From assembly GCA_002170275.2 (NCBI GenBank), contig NHFH02000012.1, positions 1 to 55,827 of the forward strand: 55,827 bases of DNA, in the 5' to 3' direction. This document shows positions 34,725-42,891 of the stretch, piece by piece. Each line of letters starts with the position of its first letter. The stretch's first letter is position 1. Source of the DNA: Candidatus Pelagibacter sp. TMED106. Its GTDB lineage: Bacteria > Pseudomonadota > Alphaproteobacteria > Pelagibacterales > Pelagibacteraceae. Made by a program: the position numbers and the translations under genes. Under the pieces are notes generated by a model. That model saw only the letters and a list, made by a program, of their open reading frames with translations. It was not told where the DNA came from and did no database searches.

Positions 34725-35192
34725 ATGAATTTAAGACCCAAAATAGCCTTGTATGAACCAGATATACCTCAAAATGCTGCTGCGATCATAAGAACATGTG
34801 CCTGTCTTGGGGCTGACCTGGAAATCATAGAACCCTGTGGATTCTTATTTGATGACAAAAGATTTAAAAGAGTAGTTATGGATTATATGGATGAAAAAAT
34901 GATAAAATTTTATAAAAGCTCAGATGAATTCTTTAAATCGAAAAAAAATGAAAGAATAATTTTAATGACAACAAAATCTTCTAACCCTTATACTGACTTC
35001 GAATTTGAAAAAAATGATACATTATTATTTGGAAGAGAAAGTGCTGGAGTTCCAGAAGATATCCATAAAATGATAAAATATAAGCTAAATATACCTATGG
35101 TTAATAATAAAAGATCTTTAAACATTGCCACCTCAGTTGCTATAGTTCTTTCAGAAAATTTAAGACAAACAAAATTTAATAATAATGAATAA
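34725..35192 (+). CDS. trmL: tRNA (cytidine/uridine(34)-2'-O)-methyltransferase, SPOUT family
   Basis: LYEPDIPQN, FGRESAG and IPM...RSLN. Confidence 0.93.
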   Translation: MNLRPKIALYEPDIPQNAAAIIRTCACLGADLEIIEPCGFLFDDKRFKRVVMDYMDEKMIKFYKSSDEFFKSKKNERIILMTTKSSNPYTDFEFEKNDTLLFGRESAGVPEDIHKMIKYKLNIPMVNNKRSLNIATSVAIVLSENLRQTKFNNNE

Positions 35193-36012
35193 AGAAATTA
35201 AACAAAAAATTACTAGAAATTGGTTTAAACTTTTACAAGATGTAATTTGTAAAGACATTCAAAAATTAGAAAATAACAAAATTAAATTTGTATCAAAAAC
35301 TTGGAATAGAAACAAATTAAAAGATGAAGGTGGTGGAGAATTTCGAATTTTGAAAAATGGTAAAGTTTTTGATCAAGTAGGAGTAAATTTTTCTGAAGTT
35401 TACGGCAAGTTCCCAAAAAAAATAAAAAATAAAGTTCCCGGAACAAGTAAAAGCTCAAATTTTTGGGCATCAGGAATTTCAGTTGTAATGCATATGAAAA
35501 ATCCAAATATTCCAGCAATCCATTTTAATACAAGATTTATCTACACATCATTCGGTTGGTTTGGAGGTGGCATGGATATAACTCCATGTATCAAAGACAA
35601 TAAAGAAAAAAAAATACTTCATAATGAATTAAAAAAAATGTGTAATAGACATAATAAAAATTATTATAAAAAATATAAAAAATGGTGTGATGAATATTTT
35701 TATCTTCCTCATAGAAAGGAACCAAGGGGAATAGGAGGAATTTTTTTTGATTATAAAAAAGATAACTGGGAAAAAGATTTCAAATTTGTAAGTGATCTTG
35801 GAATAACTTTTAAATTAATATTTAATTTATTGATAAATAGAAAGAATAAAAAAAAATGGACTACAAAAGAAAAGGAATTACAATATATTAAGAGAGGAAG
35901 ATATGTTGAGTTCAATTTACTTTATGACCGAGGTACAAAATTTGGGCTTCAAACTGGTGGTAATATAGACGCTATATTAATGTCATTACCACCAACAGCT
36001 AAATGGAATTAA
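35185..36012 (+). CDS. hemF: Oxygen-dependent coproporphyrinogen III oxidase
   Basis: HFNTR, WFGGGMD, WCDEYFYLPHR.E.RGIGGIFFD and RGRYVEFNLLYDRGTKFGL. Confidence 0.97.
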   Translation: MNKEIKQKITRNWFKLLQDVICKDIQKLENNKIKFVSKTWNRNKLKDEGGGEFRILKNGKVFDQVGVNFSEVYGKFPKKIKNKVPGTSKSSNFWASGISVVMHMKNPNIPAIHFNTRFIYTSFGWFGGGMDITPCIKDNKEKKILHNELKKMCNRHNKNYYKKYKKWCDEYFYLPHRKEPRGIGGIFFDYKKDNWEKDFKFVSDLGITFKLIFNLLINRKNKKKWTTKEKELQYIKRGRYVEFNLLYDRGTKFGLQTGGNIDAILMSLPPTAKWN

Positions 36013-36013
36013 C

Positions 36014-36490
36014 ATGGACAAAGAACCAATCACACTTTCAAGTTTAAAAAAATTAAAAGAAGAATTAATTTTTTTAAAAGAAAAAAAACGTCCTCAAATA
36101 GTTGCCTCAATTTCGGAAGCAAGATCTCATGGAGACTTAAAAGAGAATGCAGAATACCATGCAGCTAAAGAAGAACAGTCACATAATGAAGGTAGGATTA
36201 CAGAAATAAATGATATTATTGCTCGAGCAAATGTAATTGACGTTACAAAAATTAATAATGATGGGAAAGTTATTTTTGGTTCAACTGTTTTTTTAGAAAA
36301 CTTAGATACAACAGAAAAAATTAATTATAAAATTGTAGGAAAAGATGAGGCAGATTTAAATAAAAAACTTATTTATTTTAAATCTCCTATAGGAAAAGGT
36401 TTAATAGGAAAAAATAAAAATGATTTAGTAGAAATTACTACACCAGCGGGAATTAAAAATTTTGAGATAAAGGATGTTAAATATATCTAA
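36014..36490 (+). CDS. greA: Transcription elongation factor GreA
   Basis: ARSHGDLKENAEYHAAKE and SPIGKGLIGK. Confidence 0.98.
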   Translation: MDKEPITLSSLKKLKEELIFLKEKKRPQIVASISEARSHGDLKENAEYHAAKEEQSHNEGRITEINDIIARANVIDVTKINNDGKVIFGSTVFLENLDTTEKINYKIVGKDEADLNKKLIYFKSPIGKGLIGKNKNDLVEITTPAGIKNFEIKDVKYI

Positions 36491-37761
36491 TTATTAATTA
36501 CATTTTGAACTTCATTTTCTGAAATTTCAAAATTATTATCAACCCATATTTGTTCTATTTCTTTAAGCTTCTTGCCCAATTCTTTTCCTTCTGGAATATT
36601 ATACTTTGTCATTAAAGTAATGGCTCTAAGTGGGAGTAATGGCACTTCTTTATCCTTATAAATATTTATCAAGTTTATTAATTGACTATCAACTTTTTTT
36701 GATTTGAATAATGAAAAAAATATAATATCTAATAAAGCTTCTTTTCCATTAAAATATAAAATTTTATTAAGATTTTTTTTACTAAAAGTATTTTTTTTAA
36801 TTTTATTACAATAAAAACTATTTAAAAATAAAAGTCTTTTTTGGTCTTTTTTTGAAAAATTGAATTTATAGATAAAATAATCAACATTGTCTGATCCATC
36901 GATAATCATTAACGATAATAAGAATATGAAGTCAACATTTTCTAAATTTTTAATTGCAAAATTATTTAAGTTTTTAAATATTTTAATATTTTTCAATTGA
37001 GGAAAAACAAGATTTATAATTTCTAAACATTCTTTATCTTTTGCCAAATTTAAAAAACCATTGGATTTAACTAATTTTTTGAATTCATCCAATAATCTAT
37101 TTGAAGAAATTTGAGAAAGTCCATCGAGATTTTTTTTTATAATCTTAATTGTAAAAAGATTATGTTTTTTTTTAGAATAATTTAAAAAGAATCTTACATA
37201 TCTTAATATTCTTAAATAATCTTCTTGAATTCTTTTTTCTGGTTCTCCGATAAAGATTATTTCTCCTTTCTCTAAATCTTTTTTTCCATCAAATGGATCA
37301 AATAAATTACCATCTAAATCTGAATAAATAGAATTTATTGTAAAATCTCTTCTAAGAGCATCTTCTTTCCAGCTATTAGAAAATTCTACTGTAGCATGTC
37401 TCCCATCAGTTTTTATATCTTTCCGTAAAGAAGTAATTTCAAATTTGTGATTATCTATTACAGCAGTGATTGTTCCGTGCTCTATGCCACTTTTAAAAAA
37501 ATTAATATTATTTTTTTTTAATATTTCACAAACTTCATTTGGATTTAAATTTACTGCTAAATCTATATCCTCAACTTTTTCTTTGTTGAGAATTTTTCTG
37601 ATGCACCCTCCAACAAACCTTATTTCACTACTTTCAGAAGAAGAGTTTATAGCTGTAAATAAATTGTCTATTTGAGTTTTTTCCCTAATGTTTTTAATCT
37701 CCAAACTTACTTTATTATTGTTTTGAAGGCTTAAAAAAAATTTACTAATAAAATTATTCAT
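36487..37761 (-). CDS. cca: CCA tRNA nucleotidyltransferase (class II)
   Basis: FVGGCIR, DIDLA, EITSLR, DALRRDFTINS and EDYLRILR. Confidence 0.9.
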   Translation of the reverse strand: MNNFISKFFLSLQNNNKVSLEIKNIREKTQIDNLFTAINSSSESSEIRFVGGCIRKILNKEKVEDIDLAVNLNPNEVCEILKKNNINFFKSGIEHGTITAVIDNHKFEITSLRKDIKTDGRHATVEFSNSWKEDALRRDFTINSIYSDLDGNLFDPFDGKKDLEKGEIIFIGEPEKRIQEDYLRILRYVRFFLNYSKKKHNLFTIKIIKKNLDGLSQISSNRLLDEFKKLVKSNGFLNLAKDKECLEIINLVFPQLKNIKIFKNLNNFAIKNLENVDFIFLLSLMIIDGSDNVDYFIYKFNFSKKDQKRLLFLNSFYCNKIKKNTFSKKNLNKILYFNGKEALLDIIFFSLFKSKKVDSQLINLINIYKDKEVPLLPLRAITLMTKYNIPEGKELGKKLKEIEQIWVDNNFEISENEVQNVINN

Positions 37762-37764
37762 ATA

Positions 37765-37838
37765 TGGCTGGGGCGCTAGGATTCGAACCTAGGATGCCGG
37801 TACCAAAAACCAGTGCCTTACCGCTTGGCTACGCCCCA
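37765..37838 (-). tRNA. tRNA-Gln (TTG)
   Basis: TGGGGCGTAGCCAAGCGGTAAGGCACTGGTTTTTGGTACCGGCATCCTAGGTTCGAATCCTAGCGCCCCAGCCA. U1-A72 pair, TTG anticodon, encoded CCA. Confidence 0.97.
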
Positions 37839-37871
37839 ATATTAAATTCGTATAACATAAAATAAAAAAAA

Positions 37872-38717
37872 TTATATAGTTTTTGATGTAATACACCAAC
37901 AACTATTAAAATTCCTTTTAAATTGCTTTAAAGCAATATTGCAAGCTTTTTCAGAATGGAAATAAGCCACTATCGAGGATCCTGATCCTGACATTCTTAC
38001 AAAAATTAAGTTTGAAATATTCGATAAAAATGATTTTATTTTTTTTAACTTGGGATATCTTTTAAATGCTATAACTTCTAAATCATTATTTAAATTTTTG
38101 AGATAATCTGACTTAAACATTGATTGATTTGGAAGATTCAGTTTAGAATTCGAAAAATATTTACATTTTGAAAAAATATATTTAGTGGAACATCCAAAAT
38201 TAGGCTTTACTATTAAAGTGTAAAAATTTGTTTTTTTCTTAAATCTAACCATGCTTCCATTGGAAGATAATATAGTATCTTTAAATTCCATTCCTAAAGA
38301 AACATCTGAACCAATCAATTTGGTAAGTTTAATTGAATGTTCTTTACCAATTTTTAAAAAATTTTTTTTTATTAAAAAGTTCAATACTGCTGATGCGTTC
38401 ATTGATCCACCTCCCAATCCTGCTTTCTGAGGAATATTTTTTAAAATTTTAATTTTAAATTTTTTATTATTTAACAATTCTTTTTTATCTAAAAGACTCA
38501 ACAAATTTGAAACTGTATTATTTTTACCTATGTTTTTTGAAAATTTTCCTAAAAAAGATATCTTATGATCTTTTGCTTTAATTAAATTTATAAAAATTAA
38601 GTCGTGTAAATTCACAAAAGAAACTATACTTTCAATTTTATGAAATTTTGATAATTTTCCAGTTACATGTAATGCGAGATTTACTTTAGCAAAGGATTTA
38701 ATCTTATAAATTTTCAT
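37872..38717 (-). CDS. ispE: 4-diphosphocytidyl-2-C-methyl-D-erythritol kinase
   Basis: AKVNLALH, KNIPQKAGLGGGS, IGSDV, NDLE and MSGSGS GHMP-kinase motifs. Confidence 0.95.
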   Translation of the reverse strand: MKIYKIKSFAKVNLALHVTGKLSKFHKIESIVSFVNLHDLIFINLIKAKDHKISFLGKFSKNIGKNNTVSNLLSLLDKKELLNNKKFKIKILKNIPQKAGLGGGSMNASAVLNFLIKKNFLKIGKEHSIKLTKLIGSDVSLGMEFKDTILSSNGSMVRFKKKTNFYTLIVKPNFGCSTKYIFSKCKYFSNSKLNLPNQSMFKSDYLKNLNNDLEVIAFKRYPKLKKIKSFLSNISNLIFVRMSGSGSSIVAYFHSEKACNIALKQFKRNFNSCWCITSKTI

Positions 38718-38720
38718 AAC

Positions 38721-40409
38721 CTAAGAGGCTTTGGGACCTTTAATTAATTTTAAATTAATTTCTTTTTTCATCTTATCTTCAGTATCTTCTAAATCTAAAA
38801 CATAAGTCCAAAAATATCTTGCTTGGATTTTTCTATTTAATTTCCAAAGAATGTCTCCATAATGATCATTTACAATTGGATCGTCAGGCATTAATTGAAC
38901 AGCTCTTTTTAAAAATTTTTCAGCTTTTAAAAAATCGTTTACTAAAAAATATGCCCAACCAATAGAGTCAATTATATAAGGGTCATTACTTTTAGATTCA
39001 TAGGCTTTTTCAAGCATATCAATTGCCTCATATATTTTATAATTACGCTCTAACCATGAATAAGCTAAATAATTTAAGACGTACGCATCATCAGGATTAA
39101 TTTCCAAGGATTTTAATAAATCTTTATCAGAATTTTTAAAATCTCCCAATCTCTCGTAAGAGCCTCCCCTTCTATACAGTATTTCTGCATATAAATTTGA
39201 ATTTGAATCTATCTTTGAAATTATTTCATCATAATAATCAATCGCATCTTGATATTTATTAAAACTTTTATTCAGATTTGCTATGTCAAATAACATGTTT
39301 AGTGAAGGTTTATTAATTTTTTCAAAATTTTTATTAATGAAGCTTAAACCTTTCTCGTTATTTGTTTCTTTAGTAATTATCTGTGTTTGTTTTTTTAATT
39401 TAAACCAATAATATAAATCATCCTCTTTATTAAAATATTTCAAAACTTTTTTGGCTTCTTCGTAACTGTCATTCATATAATAATTTTCAGCTAATAATGA
39501 TAAATTAAACTTAAATTTTGGATTTAAAAAATGAGAAATATTTAAATAAAAATTAGATTGTTTAAATTCTTTTTGTGAAGAATATATATTTGCAATCAAA
39601 AAAAAGAATTCACTTAAAATATCATCTGGACTTTTACATGAAAAAACTTCAGTAAATTTATCAAATTTCTTATTTTCTATCCACGCTTTACTCTGAGATA
39701 CCAATAAAGAATTATTTATAAACTCTAAGTTTTTAACTAGTTCATTTGCTTTATCAACTTTGTTAGTTTCTATTAAATAATGAACATAAAAAAAAGTATA
39801 TCTGGAATAATCCATATCATCTTGATTATTGGTCAACTGTCTAAAATATACATCTGTATTTATATCTTCTAAATAACATCTTTGAAAAACTTCGTTTATA
39901 AATGACAAGTTTCCAAATTTATTTTTTTTTTCTGAAATTTTATTTTCTCTAAAAACTTTTAAATATTCATTAAAACTTTCATATATGATCTCATTAAATC
40001 TATCATTATTGATAAATTTATAAGAATTTTTAAGATATACTTGACTTTTCTTAAAATCTTTTTTTTTTAGACTATCTAATGCCAAAATTAAATAAGCATT
40101 AAAAAAATTTGAACTACTATTATTTAAGTTTCTTTTTATTTCATATATTGCTTTTTGAACTTCTTTTTCAAGAATCAAAGAATAGATATATTTTTCAAAA
40201 TAAGGATCATGTTTTTTTATTAAATTTTTTGATGACTTAAAAAATTTTAAGGCTTCTAAATTGTCATTATTATCAAATGCAACTATCCCTGAAAAATAAT
40301 TTGATAAATCAGGTGAGTCAAATTGATTAAAAGTCTTGCTTTTCGAATGTAATGGGCTCTGGTATAATACTATTATAAATATTATTAATTTTAAAAATTT
40401 TAAAATCAT
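38721..40409 (-). CDS. Tetratricopeptide repeat protein, probably exported
   Basis: Signal peptide; C-terminal TPRs (VLNYLAYSW, IIDSIGWAYF, VNDHYGDILW); conserved position upstream of ispE. Confidence 0.9.
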   Translation of the reverse strand: MILKFLKLIIFIIVLYQSPLHSKSKTFNQFDSPDLSNYFSGIVAFDNNDNLEALKFFKSSKNLIKKHDPYFEKYIYSLILEKEVQKAIYEIKRNLNNSSSNFFNAYLILALDSLKKKDFKKSQVYLKNSYKFINNDRFNEIIYESFNEYLKVFRENKISEKKNKFGNLSFINEVFQRCYLEDINTDVYFRQLTNNQDDMDYSRYTFFYVHYLIETNKVDKANELVKNLEFINNSLLVSQSKAWIENKKFDKFTEVFSCKSPDDILSEFFFLIANIYSSQKEFKQSNFYLNISHFLNPKFKFNLSLLAENYYMNDSYEEAKKVLKYFNKEDDLYYWFKLKKQTQIITKETNNEKGLSFINKNFEKINKPSLNMLFDIANLNKSFNKYQDAIDYYDEIISKIDSNSNLYAEILYRRGGSYERLGDFKNSDKDLLKSLEINPDDAYVLNYLAYSWLERNYKIYEAIDMLEKAYESKSNDPYIIDSIGWAYFLVNDFLKAEKFLKRAVQLMPDDPIVNDHYGDILWKLNRKIQARYFWTYVLDLEDTEDKMKKEINLKLIKGPKAS

Positions 40410-40420
40410 TAACCTATAAT

Positions 40421-41140
40421 ATGTCTAAAAAAGTAATAAATCAAAAAACCAATTATAACAATGAGTTACTTAATTCAATAGAATCAAAATTTATTTTTAA
40501 CAAAACACCAATCAATAGGGTCTATAATTACTCTATTGAACCAAAAATTAAAAATATAAATAAAACTAAACAATTAAATATTTTAAAAGAAGAAATAGAT
40601 ACAATTAAGAATTGTAGTTTAAAGAATAGTTCACCACAAATAATTTTTGGTGAGGGTAATATAAATAGCCCTTTAATGATTATTGGAGAATCACCAGGAA
40701 TAGAGGAGATAAGTTCAAAAAAGTTATTCATGGGTGAGGCAGGTAATCTTTTGAGAAAGATGCTCATTGCAATAAATATTAAAATAGAAAATGTTTATTC
40801 TACTTATGCTGTAAATTTTAGAATTCCCGCAGACCGAAAACCAACATCAAGAGAAATAAAAAGATATTCAGAATATCTTGAAAAACATATTTCAATTATC
40901 AATCCAAAAATAATAATTCTTATGGGTAGCACAGCAATGGAAGCGCTGACTGGTTTAAATAATAGAATTTCCTTTGAAAGAGGTAAATGGAAAGAAATTA
41001 TAGTAAAAAATAAATGTTATAATACAATAATAACTTTTAATCCCTCTTACCTTTTAAAAGTTCCAGAAAATAAAAAATATTCATGGGAAGACTTAAAAAA
41101 AATAAAAAAAAAAATAGAAGATCTAAATCTAAAAGTTTAA
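40421..41140 (+). CDS. Uracil-DNA glycosylase, family-4-like (divergent active site)
   Basis: IFGEGN..SPLMIIGESPG, F.GEAG.LL..ML, PKIIILMG and TFNPSYLL. Confidence 0.85.
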   Translation: MSKKVINQKTNYNNELLNSIESKFIFNKTPINRVYNYSIEPKIKNINKTKQLNILKEEIDTIKNCSLKNSSPQIIFGEGNINSPLMIIGESPGIEEISSKKLFMGEAGNLLRKMLIAINIKIENVYSTYAVNFRIPADRKPTSREIKRYSEYLEKHISIINPKIIILMGSTAMEALTGLNNRISFERGKWKEIIVKNKCYNTIITFNPSYLLKVPENKKYSWEDLKKIKKKIEDLNLKV

Positions 41141-41700
41141 TTAATATTGTAGCTGGTGTTGATGAAGCTGGACGTGGGAGCCTAATTGGGCCAGTTTATG
41201 CTGCTGCAGTAATTCTTAATAAATCAATAAATAAAAAAAATTTGAAAGATTCAAAAAGTCTATCTAAAAAAAGAAGAGAAAAAATATGTTTATATATAAA
41301 AAAAAACTCAATATGGGCTATAGGTAAAGCTTCTATTAAAGAGATTGAGTCAATAAATATACTTAATGCAAGTTTATTGGCGATGAAAAGAGCAATAAAA
41401 AAACTTAAAAAAAAACCTAAACTTACTTTAATTGATGGAAATAAATTGCCTGAACTTAAAAATTATCACTTACGCTATGTGATAAAAGGTGATCAAAAAA
41501 TACCATGTATTTCTGCTGCATCAATACTTGCAAAAGTAAGCAGAGATAAATTTGTTAATAATCTTTCAAAAAAATTTAAACATTATAAATGGAACTCGAA
41601 TTTTGGATATGGAACTAAGGAACACTTAAAGGCTATTAAAAAATTTGGTATTACAAAACATCATAGAAAGAAATTTTCTCCAATTTCTAGTTATAAATAG
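41083..41700 (+). CDS. rnhB: Ribonuclease HII (start uncertain: ATG 41083 or ATT 41140)
   Basis: AGVDEAGRG, DSK, IDGN, KGD, AASILAKVSRD and GYGT; directly upstream of ccrM. Confidence 0.96.
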   Translation: MGRLKKNKKKNRRSKSKSLINIVAGVDEAGRGSLIGPVYAAAVILNKSINKKNLKDSKSLSKKRREKICLYIKKNSIWAIGKASIKEIESINILNASLLAMKRAIKKLKKKPKLTLIDGNKLPELKNYHLRYVIKGDQKIPCISAASILAKVSRDKFVNNLSKKFKHYKWNSNFGYGTKEHLKAIKKFGITKHHRKKFSPISSYK

Positions 41701-41786
41701 GTTTCACGTATAACAACACCAGATATAGTTATAGAAAAAAAACTTAACACAAATTAAACCTAAATAATTCAATCCCAGGTTGACCC

Positions 41787-41806
41787 TAGAATCTTTTTGG
41801 AGTCTA
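41787..41806. promoter_or_regulatory. Two GANTC (CcrM target) sites forming an inverted repeat upstream of ccrM
   Basis: TAGAATC-tttttg-GAGTCTA: GAATC at 41789-93 and GAGTC at 41800-04, downstream of TTGACC (41780-85). Confidence 0.6.
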
Positions 41807-41820
41807 ATTATTTTTTATAA

Positions 41821-42891
41821 ATGACTTTTAATTTAAAAGATAAATTAATTAATGGAGATAGCTTGAAGGAATTAAAAAAAATTCCTAGTGAGTCTTTTGA
41901 TTTAATTTTTGCTGATCCTCCTTACAACCTCCAATTAAAAAATAAATTAACTCGACCAGATAGATCAAAAGTTAAAGCAGTTAATGACAAATGGGATCAA
42001 TTTCAAAGTTTTAAGAAGTATGATGATTTTACTTATGCTTGGTTAAATGAATGTAAAAGAATTTTAAAAAAAAATGGAGCGATTTGGGTAATTGGAAGCT
42101 ATCATAATATTTTTAGAGTTGGCAATGCAATTCAAAATTTAGGCTTTTGGATTTTAAATGATGTTATTTGGAATAAAAAAAATCCTATGCCAAATTTTAG
42201 AGGTACTCGATTTACTAACGCTCATGAAACTTTAATTTGGGCATCAAAATCAGAAAAATCAAAATATACTTTTAATTATAAATCTTTAAAATGCTTAAAT
42301 GATGATCTCCAAATGAGATCTAATTGGGATTTACCAATTTGTAATGGAGCGGAACGACTTAGAAAAAACGGAAAAAAAGTTCATTCAACTCAAAAACCTG
42401 AGGCTTTACTTCATAGAATTTTATTAGCAACCTCAAATAAAAAAGATTTAGTTTTAGATCCTTTTTTAGGTTCAGGAACTACTGCAACAGTTGCCAAAAA
42501 ATTAGGTAGAAATTATTATGGTATAGAAAAAGAAAAAGCCTATTTTAAAGCTGCAGAACAAAGATTAAAAAATACAAAACCTATTGAAGATGATTGGTTA
42601 GATACTCTTAAAAATAATAGATCTAAACCAAGAATACCTTTTGGCTCATTAGTTGAACTAGGAATAATAAAACCAGGAACAAATATTTTTGACAATAAAA
42701 AGAAAGTTAATGCGAAAATCATGGCGGATGGTAGTATTAAACATGCTCAAACAGAAGGTTCAATTCATAAAGTGGCAGCTACTATTCTTGGTGCTGAAAG
42801 CTGCAATGGATGGACTTATTGGCATTACAATTTAGATGGCGCGGTAGTTCCAATCGATTATTTAAGACAAAGATTGATCTCTAATAACTAA
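41821..42891 (+). CDS. ccrM: Cell-cycle-regulated DNA adenine methyltransferase CcrM (beta-class, GANTC)
   Basis: FADPPYNLQL, NPMPNFRGTRFTNAHETLIW, HSTQKPEALL, DPFLGSGTT and C-terminal GSIHKVAA...CNGWTYW domain; no restriction enzyme adjacent. Confidence 0.95.
   Translation: MTFNLKDKLINGDSLKELKKIPSESFDLIFADPPYNLQLKNKLTRPDRSKVKAVNDKWDQFQSFKKYDDFTYAWLNECKRILKKNGAIWVIGSYHNIFRVGNAIQNLGFWILNDVIWNKKNPMPNFRGTRFTNAHETLIWASKSEKSKYTFNYKSLKCLNDDLQMRSNWDLPICNGAERLRKNGKKVHSTQKPEALLHRILLATSNKKDLVLDPFLGSGTTATVAKKLGRNYYGIEKEKAYFKAAEQRLKNTKPIEDDWLDTLKNNRSKPRIPFGSLVELGIIKPGTNIFDNKKKVNAKIMADGSIKHAQTEGSIHKVAATILGAESCNGWTYWHYNLDGAVVPIDYLRQRLISNN

Noticed and set aside
41744-41759. Possible CtrA box upstream of ccrM
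   Set aside because: TTAA-N6-TTAA has the wrong spacing, TTAA-N7-TAAAC is imperfect, and TTAA is very common at this AT content; no ctrA in the window.
41821-42891. Restriction-modification or defence system
   Set aside because: Solitary CcrM-type methyltransferase in its conserved rnhB context; no nuclease partner.
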